The notes: generated by a model from the sequence alone, not told the origin. A stretch of 52,730 nucleotides of DNA from Candidatus Woesearchaeota archaeon (GCA_964498295.1 CAZCGJ010000002.1:1-52730), one strand, 5' to 3'; positions 35,150-44,968 are shown, counted from the stretch's first letter. A program made the numbers and translations.

Positions 35150-36719
35150 TTTTTACCTCTGTTGATTCTTCAGGAGTTGAAAAATCTAAAATTTTAACTT
35201 CCCGAGTTTTTAAATTAAATACGGGAACCTTGCAAGGATCAGGATTATTACCAACTTTCTCTTCAAAGGGAGTTTTTGATTGCCAGCAAGAACTTGCAAC
35301 TAGAAGGATATTATTATAACTAGAAACTTCTGGTTTATGCAAATCGCCTGTAGCAATAATATCTGGAACTGTTTCAATAACTAAAGGGTCTTTATTCTCC
35401 ATAGGAATATAATCACATTCACCATGGGAAGGAGCTAGATGTCTTTTTTTCAGAAGCTCTTTTAAAATAATAGTAGGATTATTATGCCCGTGATTCACTC
35501 TTATATGAGGCACATTTTCAACAATTCCATGAAAACTAGCTCCGTGATAAACTAAAATTTTAAAGCCTTCTTCGATCTCCATTAAACAAGGGTTAGTCAC
35601 CAAGTTAATATTTTCCATTTTAAATAAATCTGGCGCCCAAAACTCCCCAATAGCAGGTTGAGGTTCACCAACCCAAACAGCATCGTGCTGGCCGGGAGAA
35701 ATAGTAATAGTTATATCTTTTCTTATTAATTTAAGATACTCTGCTAATTTTTTATATTGTTCAGTCATCTCAGGAATTTTTAAAAGTTTTTCTTGATCTG
35801 GAAAAACACCTATACCATCAACATTATCACCTACTAAAAAGAGATATTTCACTTTTCTAGCTATTTCTTTTTGTTCATCAGTACCTTCTTCCCCATTAAT
35901 CCATTTAATAAATTTTAAAAAATTATCTTCTAAAAACATCTTCGAACCTACATGAACGTCGGAAGTAAAAACTATATTAACATCAGAACTAGACTTTTTC
36001 TTTTCAGATAACAGCAAATCTGGAAAAATAACATCATTTACAAAAAGAAGCTCTTTTTTACCAACAACATTAAAAGCCACAACCTCATCAGGAAGAATAT
36101 CTTTGCATTTTTCATACAATTCTGGCTTGTTATTATTAATAAGAACCCTAGATCTCCCAGTCATATCTTCTACTTCAAACATCAAATTTTTATTTTTAGT
36201 AACTTTCTTTTCAATAATCATAACAATTATGTGTTGATTTTCTCTTTCATCAGTAATTCTTCTAATAGCTTTTAAATTATCTAAGTTTCTTTCTTGTAAT
36301 ATATTTTTTAATTGCTCATATCTATTCTTAAAATGTCTAACAAAATCCTGAACTTCTACTTTTTTTGGTAAAATAAGTGCAGAAGAGAGAATTTTAATTG
36401 GATTTTTTCTTATAGTAGAAATAGATTCTATTTTAGAAGAAGTAATTGAAGAAGAATTATTTTCTATATTAATACTATTAAAAAAACTTTCAAGAAGATC
36501 TTTCTGACCATATCCTATAAATATTTTAGATAAATTTTCCTTATTACTAAAAAAAAGATTTTTATTTATGACTCTTTCCTTTATTTTAAGATTATAGAAT
36601 GATTCTATAATTCTAATAGAAAAAGACTCTTCAAAATTAGAAAGAGAGTCTAATATCTCTTTATCAAGCAGAAAACCTTTCTGCATACATGCTTTTAAAA
36701 TTTGTTTTTTAACTTCCAT
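35139..36719 (-). CDS. DNA polymerase II (PolD) small subunit DP1 (exonuclease)
   Basis: C-terminal calcineurin-like phosphoesterase motifs (TSDVHVGS, GDNVDG, GQHD, GDLH) and an OB region. The track start is GTG at 36731; the first ATG is at 36719. Confidence 0.9.
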   Translation of the reverse strand: MEVKKQILKACMQKGFLLDKEILDSLSNFEESFSIRIIESFYNLKIKERVINKNLFFSNKENLSKIFIGYGQKDLLESFFNSINIENNSSSITSSKIESISTIRKNPIKILSSALILPKKVEVQDFVRHFKNRYEQLKNILQERNLDNLKAIRRITDERENQHIIVMIIEKKVTKNKNLMFEVEDMTGRSRVLINNNKPELYEKCKDILPDEVVAFNVVGKKELLFVNDVIFPDLLLSEKKKSSSDVNIVFTSDVHVGSKMFLEDNFLKFIKWINGEEGTDEQKEIARKVKYLFLVGDNVDGIGVFPDQEKLLKIPEMTEQYKKLAEYLKLIRKDITITISPGQHDAVWVGEPQPAIGEFWAPDLFKMENINLVTNPCLMEIEEGFKILVYHGASFHGIVENVPHIRVNHGHNNPTIILKELLKKRHLAPSHGECDYIPMENKDPLVIETVPDIIATGDLHKPEVSSYNNILLVASSCWQSKTPFEEKVGNNPDPCKVPVFNLKTREVKILDFSTPEESTEVKNAN

Positions 36720-36768
36720 CACTCCAAACACCTGCTAAAAAGCAGTTTAATCGGTTTTAAGTAAAAAG

Positions 36769-37980
36769 TTACAATCCTAACGATTCAATTAATATACCTT
36801 CAACCTTTTCTAAAAGATTAGAAGGAATAGATAATTTAACTTCCCTTGTTCTTCCATGCCTCCCTTTTGAAATAACTTTAGCATTAATTAATCCTAACAT
36901 ATCAATTTCACCAATAATATCAGAAACTCTTCTTTGTGTTAATACTTCAATCCTAATTTTGTTACAAATTTCCTGATATAAATTATAAATATCTCCTGTA
37001 AAAAAATTAATATTTTCTGCATTTTCTTGTTTATTTAATTTTAAAATAGCATACAAAACTACTTGAAACTGAGTAGGTTCTGTTTCAACTATATCTAAAA
37101 TTTTATCTCTTTCAATTTTTGAATTTGCCTGATCTATATACTCTTCAGTAATTTTTAATTTTCCCTCTCTTTCTGCTAATTCCCCTGCAATACGTAATAA
37201 ATCTAAAGCTCTCCTAGCGTCGCCGTGCTCTCTAGCAGCAAAGGCAGCACATTTAGAAATAACAGCTTCATCAACAGTATTTTCTTTAAAGGCCCTAGAA
37301 CATCTTTCATTAAGAATATCTTTTAATTGCACAGCATTATATGGAGGAAATACAATTTCTTCTTCACCTAAAGAACTTCTTACCCTTGGATCAATATTTT
37401 CCAAAAAAGTCACATCGTTTGAAATACCTATTAAAGAAATTTGAGCCTGGCTTAACTCTGAATTTAGCCTAGTTAAATTATATAAAAAATTATCATCTAT
37501 TTTTTTTATTGCTTGATCTATTTCATCGAAGATAATAACTAGTGTTTGTTTCCTATTATCAACCATTTCAATAAATTTTTGATATACTGCAGGGGTCGGA
37601 AGACCGGTGTCCGCTACTTTACCACCTAATAAATCAATTAATGCCGCTAATATTCTATATTCAGTATCTGCAACCTTTTTAAGTTTACAATTAAGATACT
37701 CTATTCTAACATTTACGTCTGCTTCTTTTGATCTTTTTAGTAATTCATCTCTTACATATTGGACTGAAAGAGTCTTTCCAGTACCTGTTTTCCCATATAC
37801 AAAGAGATTACTAGCTCGTTCACCTCTTAAAATAGGAGCTAAAATAGAAGCAACATGTTCAATTTGCTTATCCCTATGAGGTATAGATTCTGGAGTATAA
37901 TTTGTCTGTAAAACACTTTTATCTTTGAATAAAGAATTCTTCATAGCAGAATCAAATATATGACCTATTTGTACACCCAT
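36769..37980 (-). CDS. cdc6: Orc1/Cdc6 replication initiator
   Basis: AAA+ Walker A GKTGTGKT, Walker B IIFDEID, and a C-terminal winged helix. Adjacent to the AT-rich intergenic region. Confidence 0.9.
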   Translation of the reverse strand: MGVQIGHIFDSAMKNSLFKDKSVLQTNYTPESIPHRDKQIEHVASILAPILRGERASNLFVYGKTGTGKTLSVQYVRDELLKRSKEADVNVRIEYLNCKLKKVADTEYRILAALIDLLGGKVADTGLPTPAVYQKFIEMVDNRKQTLVIIFDEIDQAIKKIDDNFLYNLTRLNSELSQAQISLIGISNDVTFLENIDPRVRSSLGEEEIVFPPYNAVQLKDILNERCSRAFKENTVDEAVISKCAAFAAREHGDARRALDLLRIAGELAEREGKLKITEEYIDQANSKIERDKILDIVETEPTQFQVVLYAILKLNKQENAENINFFTGDIYNLYQEICNKIRIEVLTQRRVSDIIGEIDMLGLINAKVISKGRHGRTREVKLSIPSNLLEKVEGILIESLGL

Positions 37981-38048
37981 TTTAATCTAATCTTAAAAAA
38001 GTTATTACTATATAAATATTCATATATAAGAAAATATAGTTCATCTAA

Positions 38049-38066
38049 CCTCTATTTCATATGGAA
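38049..38066 (-). repeat. ORB-like box (left, inverted)
   Basis: The reverse complement reads TTCCATATGAAATAGAGG, which fits the pattern TTCCA-N3-GAAAT-N3/4-GG shared with the right box. Confidence 0.5.
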
Positions 38067-38303
38067 AATATTTCTTATATAAACTATTATTTTAAAGGAA
38101 ACTTATAATATTTATTTTTAATCCTTAAAATTCAAAATAACACCCCCACTCCTTCACTTCCTATAGAGATTTATATTCGATAAAGAAAATAAAAATAATA
38201 TATATACTATATTATATATATTATATTATATATAATATATAATATAAATACTTATAAATAAAAATAATAAAAAAAGAGTATCTTTTTTTCATAAAAATCG
38301 TTT

Positions 38304-38323
38304 TTCCAACCGAAATCATAGGG
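38304..38323 (+). repeat. ORB-like box (right)
   Basis: TTCCAACCGAAATCATAGGG resembles archaeal origin recognition boxes (a TTCCA..GAAA dyad followed by a G-string). Confidence 0.5.
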
Positions 38324-38414
38324 ACAGAGAGTCTAATTATTTATAGTATCAGTAATTAAAAATATATAAACTACTATACAAAGATTTATAAATAAATTTT
38401 ATATATTTTCTTCT

Positions 38415-38669
38415 ATGGATAAAAGAACTTATAGAAGTTTATTGGGAAAACAAGTGGTAACTAAAGAAGGAAAGAAGTTAGGTGTTGCAAAAGACTTAAC
38501 ATTTGAAACAAAGACAGGTGAATTAATTCATTTGGTTTTGAAAGACCTTACTCAGTATACAGCTAATCTTTCTTTGGAGAGAACAAAGGATAGAGAAGCT
38601 TTAATACCATTTAATTCTGTTATAGCTGTAGGAGACTTTATAGTAGTTTCAGAAGAAGATTTAGCTTAA
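38415..38669 (+). CDS. PRC-barrel domain protein
   Basis: 84 aa. LLGKQVVTKEGKKLGVAKDLTFETKTGELIHLVL...VGDFIVV is a typical small PRC barrel. Confidence 0.6.
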   Translation: MDKRTYRSLLGKQVVTKEGKKLGVAKDLTFETKTGELIHLVLKDLTQYTANLSLERTKDREALIPFNSVIAVGDFIVVSEEDLA

Positions 38670-38684
38670 ACTTTTAATAAAAAA

Positions 38685-39098
38685 ATGGCACAGGAAATCA
38701 AATTAATAGGATTCAAGTACACTAAGGTAAGTGTAGAAAGAAATGAGGAAGGTAAAGGTGATTTAAAAATTACTCCTAATATTAATATTAAATCTATTGA
38801 TCAATTCAAATCAGAATCAAAACAAGAAATTTTAGAAATTAAATTTAATTTTAATATAGATTACGCTTCTTTAGGAAAAATCGAATTGACAGGTAGGTTA
38901 TTATTATCTGTAGACTCTAAAACTCTAAAAGATGCTATTGAAGGCTGGAAATCTAAAAAATTAGATAATAATATTAATATGATTATACTTAATGTAATTA
39001 TGCAAAAAGCTTCTATTAAAGCACTACAATTAGAAGAAGAGATGAATTTACCTCCACATATTCAACTACCTAGACTTCAATTAGGTAAGAAAGATTAA
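38685..39098 (+). CDS. hypothetical protein
   Basis: 137-aa ATG ORF 15 nt after the PRC-barrel gene. The beta-rich N-terminal half and helical C-terminus are loosely reminiscent of a SecB-like fold. Not confidently assigned. Confidence 0.45.
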   Translation: MAQEIKLIGFKYTKVSVERNEEGKGDLKITPNINIKSIDQFKSESKQEILEIKFNFNIDYASLGKIELTGRLLLSVDSKTLKDAIEGWKSKKLDNNINMIILNVIMQKASIKALQLEEEMNLPPHIQLPRLQLGKKD

Positions 39099-39150
39099 TT
39101 ATTCACACAATTCAAAAGTTTCTTAAACACTTTATTTTTAGGACTACTGC

Positions 39151-39231
39151 GCCCACATGGCACAATGGTACTGCAATGGTCTCGAACACCATGTCTTTAC
39201 AGACTTCCCGGTCCGATTCCGGGTGTGGGCG
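39151..39231 (+). tRNA. tRNA-Ser (anticodon CGA)
   Basis: Hand fold. Acceptor GCCCACA/TGTGGGC, anticodon stem ATGGT/ACCAT with loop CTCGAAC, long variable arm GTCT-TTAC-AGAC, T arm CCCGG-TCCGATT-CCGGG. Confidence 0.75.
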
Positions 39232-39234
39232 TTT

Positions 39235-39966
39235 TCATTTTATTTTTCCAAAATCATATGTCTTTCCGCTTCCATCAATAAGTATAGCTTTCATTCCTTT
39301 TTCATAAATTTCTAATTCTTGTATAATATCGCTTCCTTCAATTAAAGGAAAGAAACTAGGGGTAAAAATAACTTCTTTTTGATATTCAGAAGAAAACCCA
39401 TAAAGGAAACATTTGAATTTTTCTTGTTTTACACTATTTTTGTCTTTTAATATATAAGCAGGATGAAAATGTCCTACAACTATTAATTTTATCTTCTTAT
39501 CTTTTATACACTCATAATTTTCTCTTACACTTTTAGAATCCCCATGTAAAAAAAGTGTTTTTCCTATAATATATTTGTCACATAAAGTAATCTTTTCATA
39601 TTTTCTTGAAATATTTTCTAAAATAGTATCGTGATTGCCTTTAGTTATTATTATCTCACCCCTTTCTATCAAGTTTTCTGTAAATAATGTAATTAATTGT
39701 TCAAAATCAAAGAATTCTTGTTTCATAATTTTTCCAAAAACATGTTTTACATCACCTAATAATAATATTTTGTCTACTTTTCCGATTTTATTAAAAATTT
39801 TCTCAAATATTTCTTTTGTTTGCATAAATTGACTTCTAGGTACTGCAAAGCCTCTGCTTGCTAAATTATCTTCATACCCTAAATGAAGATCTCCTACTAT
39901 CAAAATCTTCTTCTCTTTCCAAAATAAACACCTATCTACTACTTCAAATTGTTTTATTTTTACCAT
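39235..39966 (-). CDS. calcineurin-like metallophosphoesterase (MPE) coupled to Lhr
   Basis: Motifs GDLHLG, GDVKH, GNHD and GHFHP. The ATG overlaps the Lhr stop by 1 nt (TAATG). Confidence 0.75.
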   Translation of the reverse strand: MVKIKQFEVVDRCLFWKEKKILIVGDLHLGYEDNLASRGFAVPRSQFMQTKEIFEKIFNKIGKVDKILLLGDVKHVFGKIMKQEFFDFEQLITLFTENLIERGEIIITKGNHDTILENISRKYEKITLCDKYIIGKTLFLHGDSKSVRENYECIKDKKIKLIVVGHFHPAYILKDKNSVKQEKFKCFLYGFSSEYQKEVIFTPSFFPLIEGSDIIQELEIYEKGMKAILIDGSGKTYDFGKIK

Positions 39967-42542
39967 TATTTTTCAAGCTCACTCCAAACACGTTTAATAA
40001 ATTCATTTTTATCTTCAATTCTAATTAAGTCAGAATGACTTTGTAAAATAAGATTTATGGCAAAAGGGCTTATTATTTTTGTATTTTTTACTTCAATTTT
40101 TATTTCTCCTTTTTGCACTTTATCTATTATTTCTTTAGCATTTTTTATATCCATCAAGTCCTCTAAAACCTCTCTTCTAGCTTCTTTCAGAATTGGGAAA
40201 TCTTTTGTGCTTTTATTTACTGCTGCAAGTAAAAAATGACTTGACATTTGTTGTTTTCCTGCCGTTTTTATATATCCTTTATAATTTCTAAGAATCATCA
40301 AACTTCTAGTTGCACAATGTCTAAATCTTCTTTTCAAAACTTCAGTTTTATCAATCGCTTCATCAAGTACTTTTTGAATATTCTCTTTTTCTAATAATTT
40401 AAAGCCTCTTAATATTTTTTCAAGTTCAATATCTTTTCCTGCAATAAAAAAACCATTATCATTTATTCCCACTTCCACATCTCTTTTTCTTGCAGAAGCA
40501 ACAACAAAGGCGCAAGCTCTAGATAAGGCATCATTAACTCTTCTTCCAAAAAGGCTATGAAACACGACATACTTTTTCTTATCTATTTTATACTCTTCAA
40601 CAAGTATTTTTTTGTCATTCGGAATTACGGAGTATTTGAACTGTTTTTCAAAATAATTATAAATTGTTTCAGCAATTTTATTATTACAATAAACATATTC
40701 TTTAATTAACTCCTTTATTTCCTTTGGAGATTTTTTTGCTCTAAATTTATCATCTAAAGTTCTCCTAAATTTTCCAATAGAACATGCTGTAGTAAAACTT
40801 AAAGGCAACATTTCTGAAAACCAAGAAGGGATAGTGGGGCTTCTATCTGAGGGAATAACATAAACTTTCATACCTTTGTTATAAAGGAATTGGTACTTTT
40901 TGCCACCCAAAACAAAAACATCTCCTTTTTTCATTTTCTCTAAAAATATTTCATCAATTTTTCCTATTTGAGTTCCATCTCTTAAGACTACTGTAGCAAA
41001 ACTTTCATCAGGAATAGTTCCAATATTAGTCATATATATTACTCTAGCCATTTTACCTCTCTTTCCAACTTCATTAGTTTCCGGATCAAACCATATTTTT
41101 GAGTAAAGATTTCTAACTTTTAGTTCATATTCTCCTGCAAGATAAGAAATTACAGAATAAAAATCATTTTTATCTAAATTTCTATAACAATAGCTTTTCT
41201 TTATGAGATTATACATCTCATCTAGTTTCCAAGTCTTGTAAATAGCCATCCCATATATTTGTTGAGATAATACGTCCAAGCAGTTTTCAGGTATATAGAC
41301 ATCATCAATTATTTTTTCTTTAGAGTTCTTTAAAATAATAGCAGATTCAACCAAATCATCAAAGTCGTTTACTATAAATTTGCCTCTTGCTGTTTCATGT
41401 AATTGGTGACCTGCACGCCCTATTCTTTGCATTGCTCTAGACACTGCCTTCGGACTCCCGAGCAAAACTACTAAATCAATATAACCTATATCTATACCAA
41501 GTTCTAAAGAGGTTGAGCAAACTACTACTTTTAGTTTTCCATCTCTTAAGTTCTGTTCAATCTCCTGTCTATGTTCTTTCGAAAGAGAAGAATGGTGTGC
41601 TCCTATATTTTCAACATAGTTTTTAGGAAATCTTTCTTTTAAGTTATTAACAACTCTTTCGGTTGCAGCCCGGGTATTTGTAAAAATAAGGGTTGTTTTG
41701 TTCTTTTGGATCAATTCGTCCAACATTTCATATAGTTTATGTGCAAGTTGTATATTATTTGTGTTCAAGAAGTCTTCAACTGGGCTTAAAATTTCCAAAT
41801 CGACCTTTTTTATCATTTCAATATCAGCAATTAGGCAGTCTCTCTCCTCTCCTACTAAATAATGAGCCACTCTCTCTAGGGGCGAAACGGTTGCGGAGAG
41901 TCCTATTCTTACTATAGGCATAATAGATATTTCTTGAAGTCTTTCGATTGTTAAATTTAAGTGTGTTCCTCTCTTATTTTCAGCTAAGGAGTGGATTTCA
42001 TCTATTATTATAAACTCTAAACGTGCAAACTTTTCAACAAATTTTGGAGAATTAATCATAATTGCTAAACTTTCAGGAGTTGTTACTAATATATGTGGGC
42101 ATTTTTTAGCCATCTTGGCTCTTTCTTTAGCTTCCGTATCTCCTGTTCTCAACCCAACTATTATTTTTTGTAATTTTATCCCTCTTTTCTCGGCTATTTG
42201 TTCTATTTCTTCCAAAGGTCTTATTAGATTTACAAAAATATCATTACTTAACGCTTTAAGGGGTGAACAATATGTTGCATAAACTCTATCCTCTAATTCA
42301 TTTCGTTTGCTTAACATAACTAAATAGTTTAAAATTGATAAGAAAGCAGTCAATGTCTTTGTTCCACCTGTTGGTGCAGAGATTAAAATGTTTTTTCTTT
42401 CAAAAATAGGTAAAACCCCATACTTCTGAGTAAGTGAAAATGAAGGAAACCTAGAAAAGAACCATTCTTTTACAAGAGGATCCAGCTTTTCTATTATTTC
42501 TTCATCCTTTCGGGCATAGGTATTCTGATATAGAACGCGCAT
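39966..42542 (-). CDS. lhr: Lhr-type SF2 (DEAD/DEAH) helicase
   Basis: Motif I APTGGTKT, motif II DEIH, motif VI QRIGRAGH, plus a long C-terminal Lhr-core-like extension. 858 aa. Confidence 0.8.
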   Translation of the reverse strand: MRVLYQNTYARKDEEIIEKLDPLVKEWFFSRFPSFSLTQKYGVLPIFERKNILISAPTGGTKTLTAFLSILNYLVMLSKRNELEDRVYATYCSPLKALSNDIFVNLIRPLEEIEQIAEKRGIKLQKIIVGLRTGDTEAKERAKMAKKCPHILVTTPESLAIMINSPKFVEKFARLEFIIIDEIHSLAENKRGTHLNLTIERLQEISIMPIVRIGLSATVSPLERVAHYLVGEERDCLIADIEMIKKVDLEILSPVEDFLNTNNIQLAHKLYEMLDELIQKNKTTLIFTNTRAATERVVNNLKERFPKNYVENIGAHHSSLSKEHRQEIEQNLRDGKLKVVVCSTSLELGIDIGYIDLVVLLGSPKAVSRAMQRIGRAGHQLHETARGKFIVNDFDDLVESAIILKNSKEKIIDDVYIPENCLDVLSQQIYGMAIYKTWKLDEMYNLIKKSYCYRNLDKNDFYSVISYLAGEYELKVRNLYSKIWFDPETNEVGKRGKMARVIYMTNIGTIPDESFATVVLRDGTQIGKIDEIFLEKMKKGDVFVLGGKKYQFLYNKGMKVYVIPSDRSPTIPSWFSEMLPLSFTTACSIGKFRRTLDDKFRAKKSPKEIKELIKEYVYCNNKIAETIYNYFEKQFKYSVIPNDKKILVEEYKIDKKKYVVFHSLFGRRVNDALSRACAFVVASARKRDVEVGINDNGFFIAGKDIELEKILRGFKLLEKENIQKVLDEAIDKTEVLKRRFRHCATRSLMILRNYKGYIKTAGKQQMSSHFLLAAVNKSTKDFPILKEARREVLEDLMDIKNAKEIIDKVQKGEIKIEVKNTKIISPFAINLILQSHSDLIRIEDKNEFIKRVWSELEK

Positions 42543-42664
42543 ATTATTTATGTTAAATGAAATTTAGATAAAACTAATTCTAATAGTATGTTAATTACGT
42601 TCCTTTTTATATTTTTCTGTTATTTGCCAAAAACTATATAAACTCAAAACCGAATAATTATCTT

Positions 42665-42976
42665 ATGCCTTCAATTTCTAAAGAAAAAAAAGAAAAAATA
42701 CAAGAACAAGTGATTTATTTTCTATTTACTATATTTCCAAAACAAGTTTTTACATCAGATATTGCAAAAGAGCTTGCTCGAGATGAGGAATTTGTAAAAA
42801 AACTGCTTTTAGAGCTCGAATCAAAAAACATTTTAGTAAAAATTGATAAAAACTCTCAAGGAATAAAGTATGAGAGACGTGCAAGATGGAGAATTTCTAA
42901 TGAGACTTACGAAATATATAGTAAGCATCAACAAAATCAGCAAAGTATCTCTCAAAAAGTAGAACAAAATATATAA
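42665..42976 (+). CDS. small winged-helix DNA-binding protein, hypothetical
   Basis: 103 aa. FTSDIAKELARDEEFVKKLLLELESKNILVKI...RWRIS fits a wHTH recognition helix plus wing. Confidence 0.5.
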   Translation: MPSISKEKKEKIQEQVIYFLFTIFPKQVFTSDIAKELARDEEFVKKLLLELESKNILVKIDKNSQGIKYERRARWRISNETYEIYSKHQQNQQSISQKVEQNI

Positions 42977-43048
42977 TATCGGTCCTTCTTTTGAAAATAT
43001 ATCTTATAGAATAATTAATATTAAAAAGACCTCCTTGTTTTATATAAT

Positions 43049-43717
43049 ATGGATCCTGTAAAAGAGGCATTTCAAAGGATAAAAGAGGAAATTCAGTCAC
43101 TTAGGTTAGAAATCTCTTCTCTTAATAATGAAATTGCCATTCTTAAAGCATCTTCTCAATACCAGCAGAAACCAACACAAAACAACCCCTTTACTTCCAC
43201 TCCAGCAGACAAACCGGCAGATTTCCCAACAGTTCCACAGGAAACAACGGGGTTAAAAGAACATATTAACTTATTTTCCACAGGAAACAAGGGGGTTCCA
43301 ACAGACACTTCAACACACAGGCAAACAAACCAACAAACCGACTTTTTAGGCGGAATAATGCATGAAAATAGCGAAAAACTCAATTTAGAGAACGTTCAGG
43401 AAACCCTAAATTCCCTCGATAATCTCAAAAAAGAGCTTCGACTGAAGTTCAAAAGACTTACTACTCAAGAAATGCTTGTTTTTTCTACAATTTATAGTTT
43501 AGAAACAAAAGGTATAGAAGAAATTACTTATAAAACACTCGCAAATAACCTCAATTTAAGCGAATCATCAATTAGAGATTATGTTATCAAACTTACTTCA
43601 AAAGGCGTCCCTATCGTCAAAAGAAGGGTAAATAACAAGCAAATTGCACTCCAGATCTCTCCAAATCTTCAAAAAATTGCATCCCTATCTACAATCATAA
43701 AGCTTCGCGAACTCTAA
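43049..43717 (+). CDS. coiled-coil plus C-terminal HTH protein, hypothetical regulator
   Basis: 222 aa. N-terminal heptads, a T/Q/P-rich linker (GNKGVPTDTSTHRQTNQQTD), and C-terminal LTTQEMLVFSTIY...LNLSESSIRDYVIKLTSKGVPI. Confidence 0.5.
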   Translation: MDPVKEAFQRIKEEIQSLRLEISSLNNEIAILKASSQYQQKPTQNNPFTSTPADKPADFPTVPQETTGLKEHINLFSTGNKGVPTDTSTHRQTNQQTDFLGGIMHENSEKLNLENVQETLNSLDNLKKELRLKFKRLTTQEMLVFSTIYSLETKGIEEITYKTLANNLNLSESSIRDYVIKLTSKGVPIVKRRVNNKQIALQISPNLQKIASLSTIIKLREL

Positions 43718-43993
43718 GAGCTAATTAGCATTCGGCTAACCGATTAATTCTTTTTAGTTATAATTACATGGACCCTAAATCTCTCTTATTTAGGCTTGTC
43801 CTCGATATTTTTTAGCTTTTCCTTGTTTTTTGACTCCCTACTTTCAAAAAACTCTCTTTTCTGCCAAAAATACTTTTTTTTCTGTCTTTCTTTTCTATTT
43901 TTTCAATACTCTCTTTTTTAGTATTTTTATTTTAATCTTATTATATGTCTATTTCTCTCACTTTTTCTTCTAATTTTCATTCAACTATCTAAT

Positions 43994-44590
43994 TTAAACC
44001 GTTTTTTTGTTTGATTTAACTCTCACTTTTTCCTTTTTGAGTATAATTTGCCTCATTTCTTCAGGAATATACACTCTTTTCTTCCCATTTGCCTCTTTTG
44101 ACTCTTCAATTAACCCTTCACATTTCTGTTTTATCATATTTATCTGACCTCTGATTGTACTTTTATCTTTTCCAAGAACTATTGCTAGATCTTCATAACT
44201 CAACTTGCTATTATCTGCATTTACTAATGCCCATACTATTCCTCTTTCCATAAGTGTTAAATTGTCTAAAATGCTTGTTTGAACAGCCGTTTGAACAGTA
44301 CTTTGAACATCTAAAACACTTGTTTGTTTTATCCCTACAGGCTGTTGTTGTTTGGAAATCTTAGTTCCAAACAGAGAAATAAAATCCTTTACATCATCAA
44401 TTTCATTTTGCAATACAAATATTTGTTGCTTTAGTTCAGCAATTTCTTCATTCTGTTGTTTATTATTGCCGTCGAAATGGCTTATCCATTGACCTACTTT
44501 GTTAAAATCTTCTTTAACTGCATCAAAAGATTTCTGAACTTCTTCTTTTTTTATTGTACTCTCTTCTCTTTTTTTAAAAAATCCGAACAT
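43994..44590 (-). CDS. coiled-coil plus C-terminal HTH protein, hypothetical regulator
   Basis: 198 aa with the same architecture as 43049..43717: N-terminal coiled coil, a Q/T-rich linker, and C-terminal LTLMERGIVWAL...LSYEDLAIVLGKDKSTIRGQINMIK. Confidence 0.5.
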   Translation of the reverse strand: MFGFFKKREESTIKKEEVQKSFDAVKEDFNKVGQWISHFDGNNKQQNEEIAELKQQIFVLQNEIDDVKDFISLFGTKISKQQQPVGIKQTSVLDVQSTVQTAVQTSILDNLTLMERGIVWALVNADNSKLSYEDLAIVLGKDKSTIRGQINMIKQKCEGLIEESKEANGKKRVYIPEEMRQIILKKEKVRVKSNKKTV

Positions 44591-44968
44591 GTTATAGTTG
44601 TTTAAACAACCGCCTTTATAAACCTTTCGTTTTTTCTTTAAAAAATCACGAAAATAGGGTAAAAATAAGGTGTTTTAGCCTACTGTTTATTTAACAAACA
44701 ATTATACTTATATTCGATAATAATTAAAAAATATGTTTTAAACTAAACAGCCGGTAAACATTTAATAAACAAGGTATAAACACTCAAACAGGCATCAAAA
44801 AATGCCTCTAAACGACTCTTTTTGCCTCTTTTTTTCAAATGTCTGTTTGAGAGTGTTTACTTTTTTTTCAAACAGCGGTCGTTTGGGTTGTTTAAACGCT
44901 TCTCATAGAGGGTAAATTTATTTATATTTTTGAGAAAAGTTTATAAATAAGAAGAACTTCATTTAAAC

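Larger units (their letters stand above)
37981..38414. other. probable chromosomal replication origin (oriC)
   Basis: A 434-nt non-coding gap next to orc1/cdc6-polD. Positions 38186-38275 are almost pure A+T (only two C). This stretch is flanked by inverted ORB-like boxes and a C5 tract at 38141-38147. Confidence 0.65.

Noticed and set aside
38186-38275. TA-rich repetitive tract that could superficially look like a repeat array or CRISPR
   Set aside because: There is no repeat-spacer periodicity, only low-complexity (TA)n and ATA runs. It is better explained as the unwinding element of the origin. No cas genes are in the window.
39151-39231. tRNA-Ser as the attachment site of the 42.6-47.5 kb accessory block
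   Set aside because: I found no second copy of the tRNA 3' segment (CCGGGTGTGGGCG) further downstream. In addition, the Lhr-MPE operon separates the tRNA from the block.
43770-43795. Perfect 7-bp hairpin CCTAAAT-CTCTCTT-ATTTAGG downstream of ORF 43049..43717
   Set aside because: Archaeal termination relies mainly on T-tracts. An isolated short hairpin in a CT-rich spacer is insufficient evidence for a terminator call.
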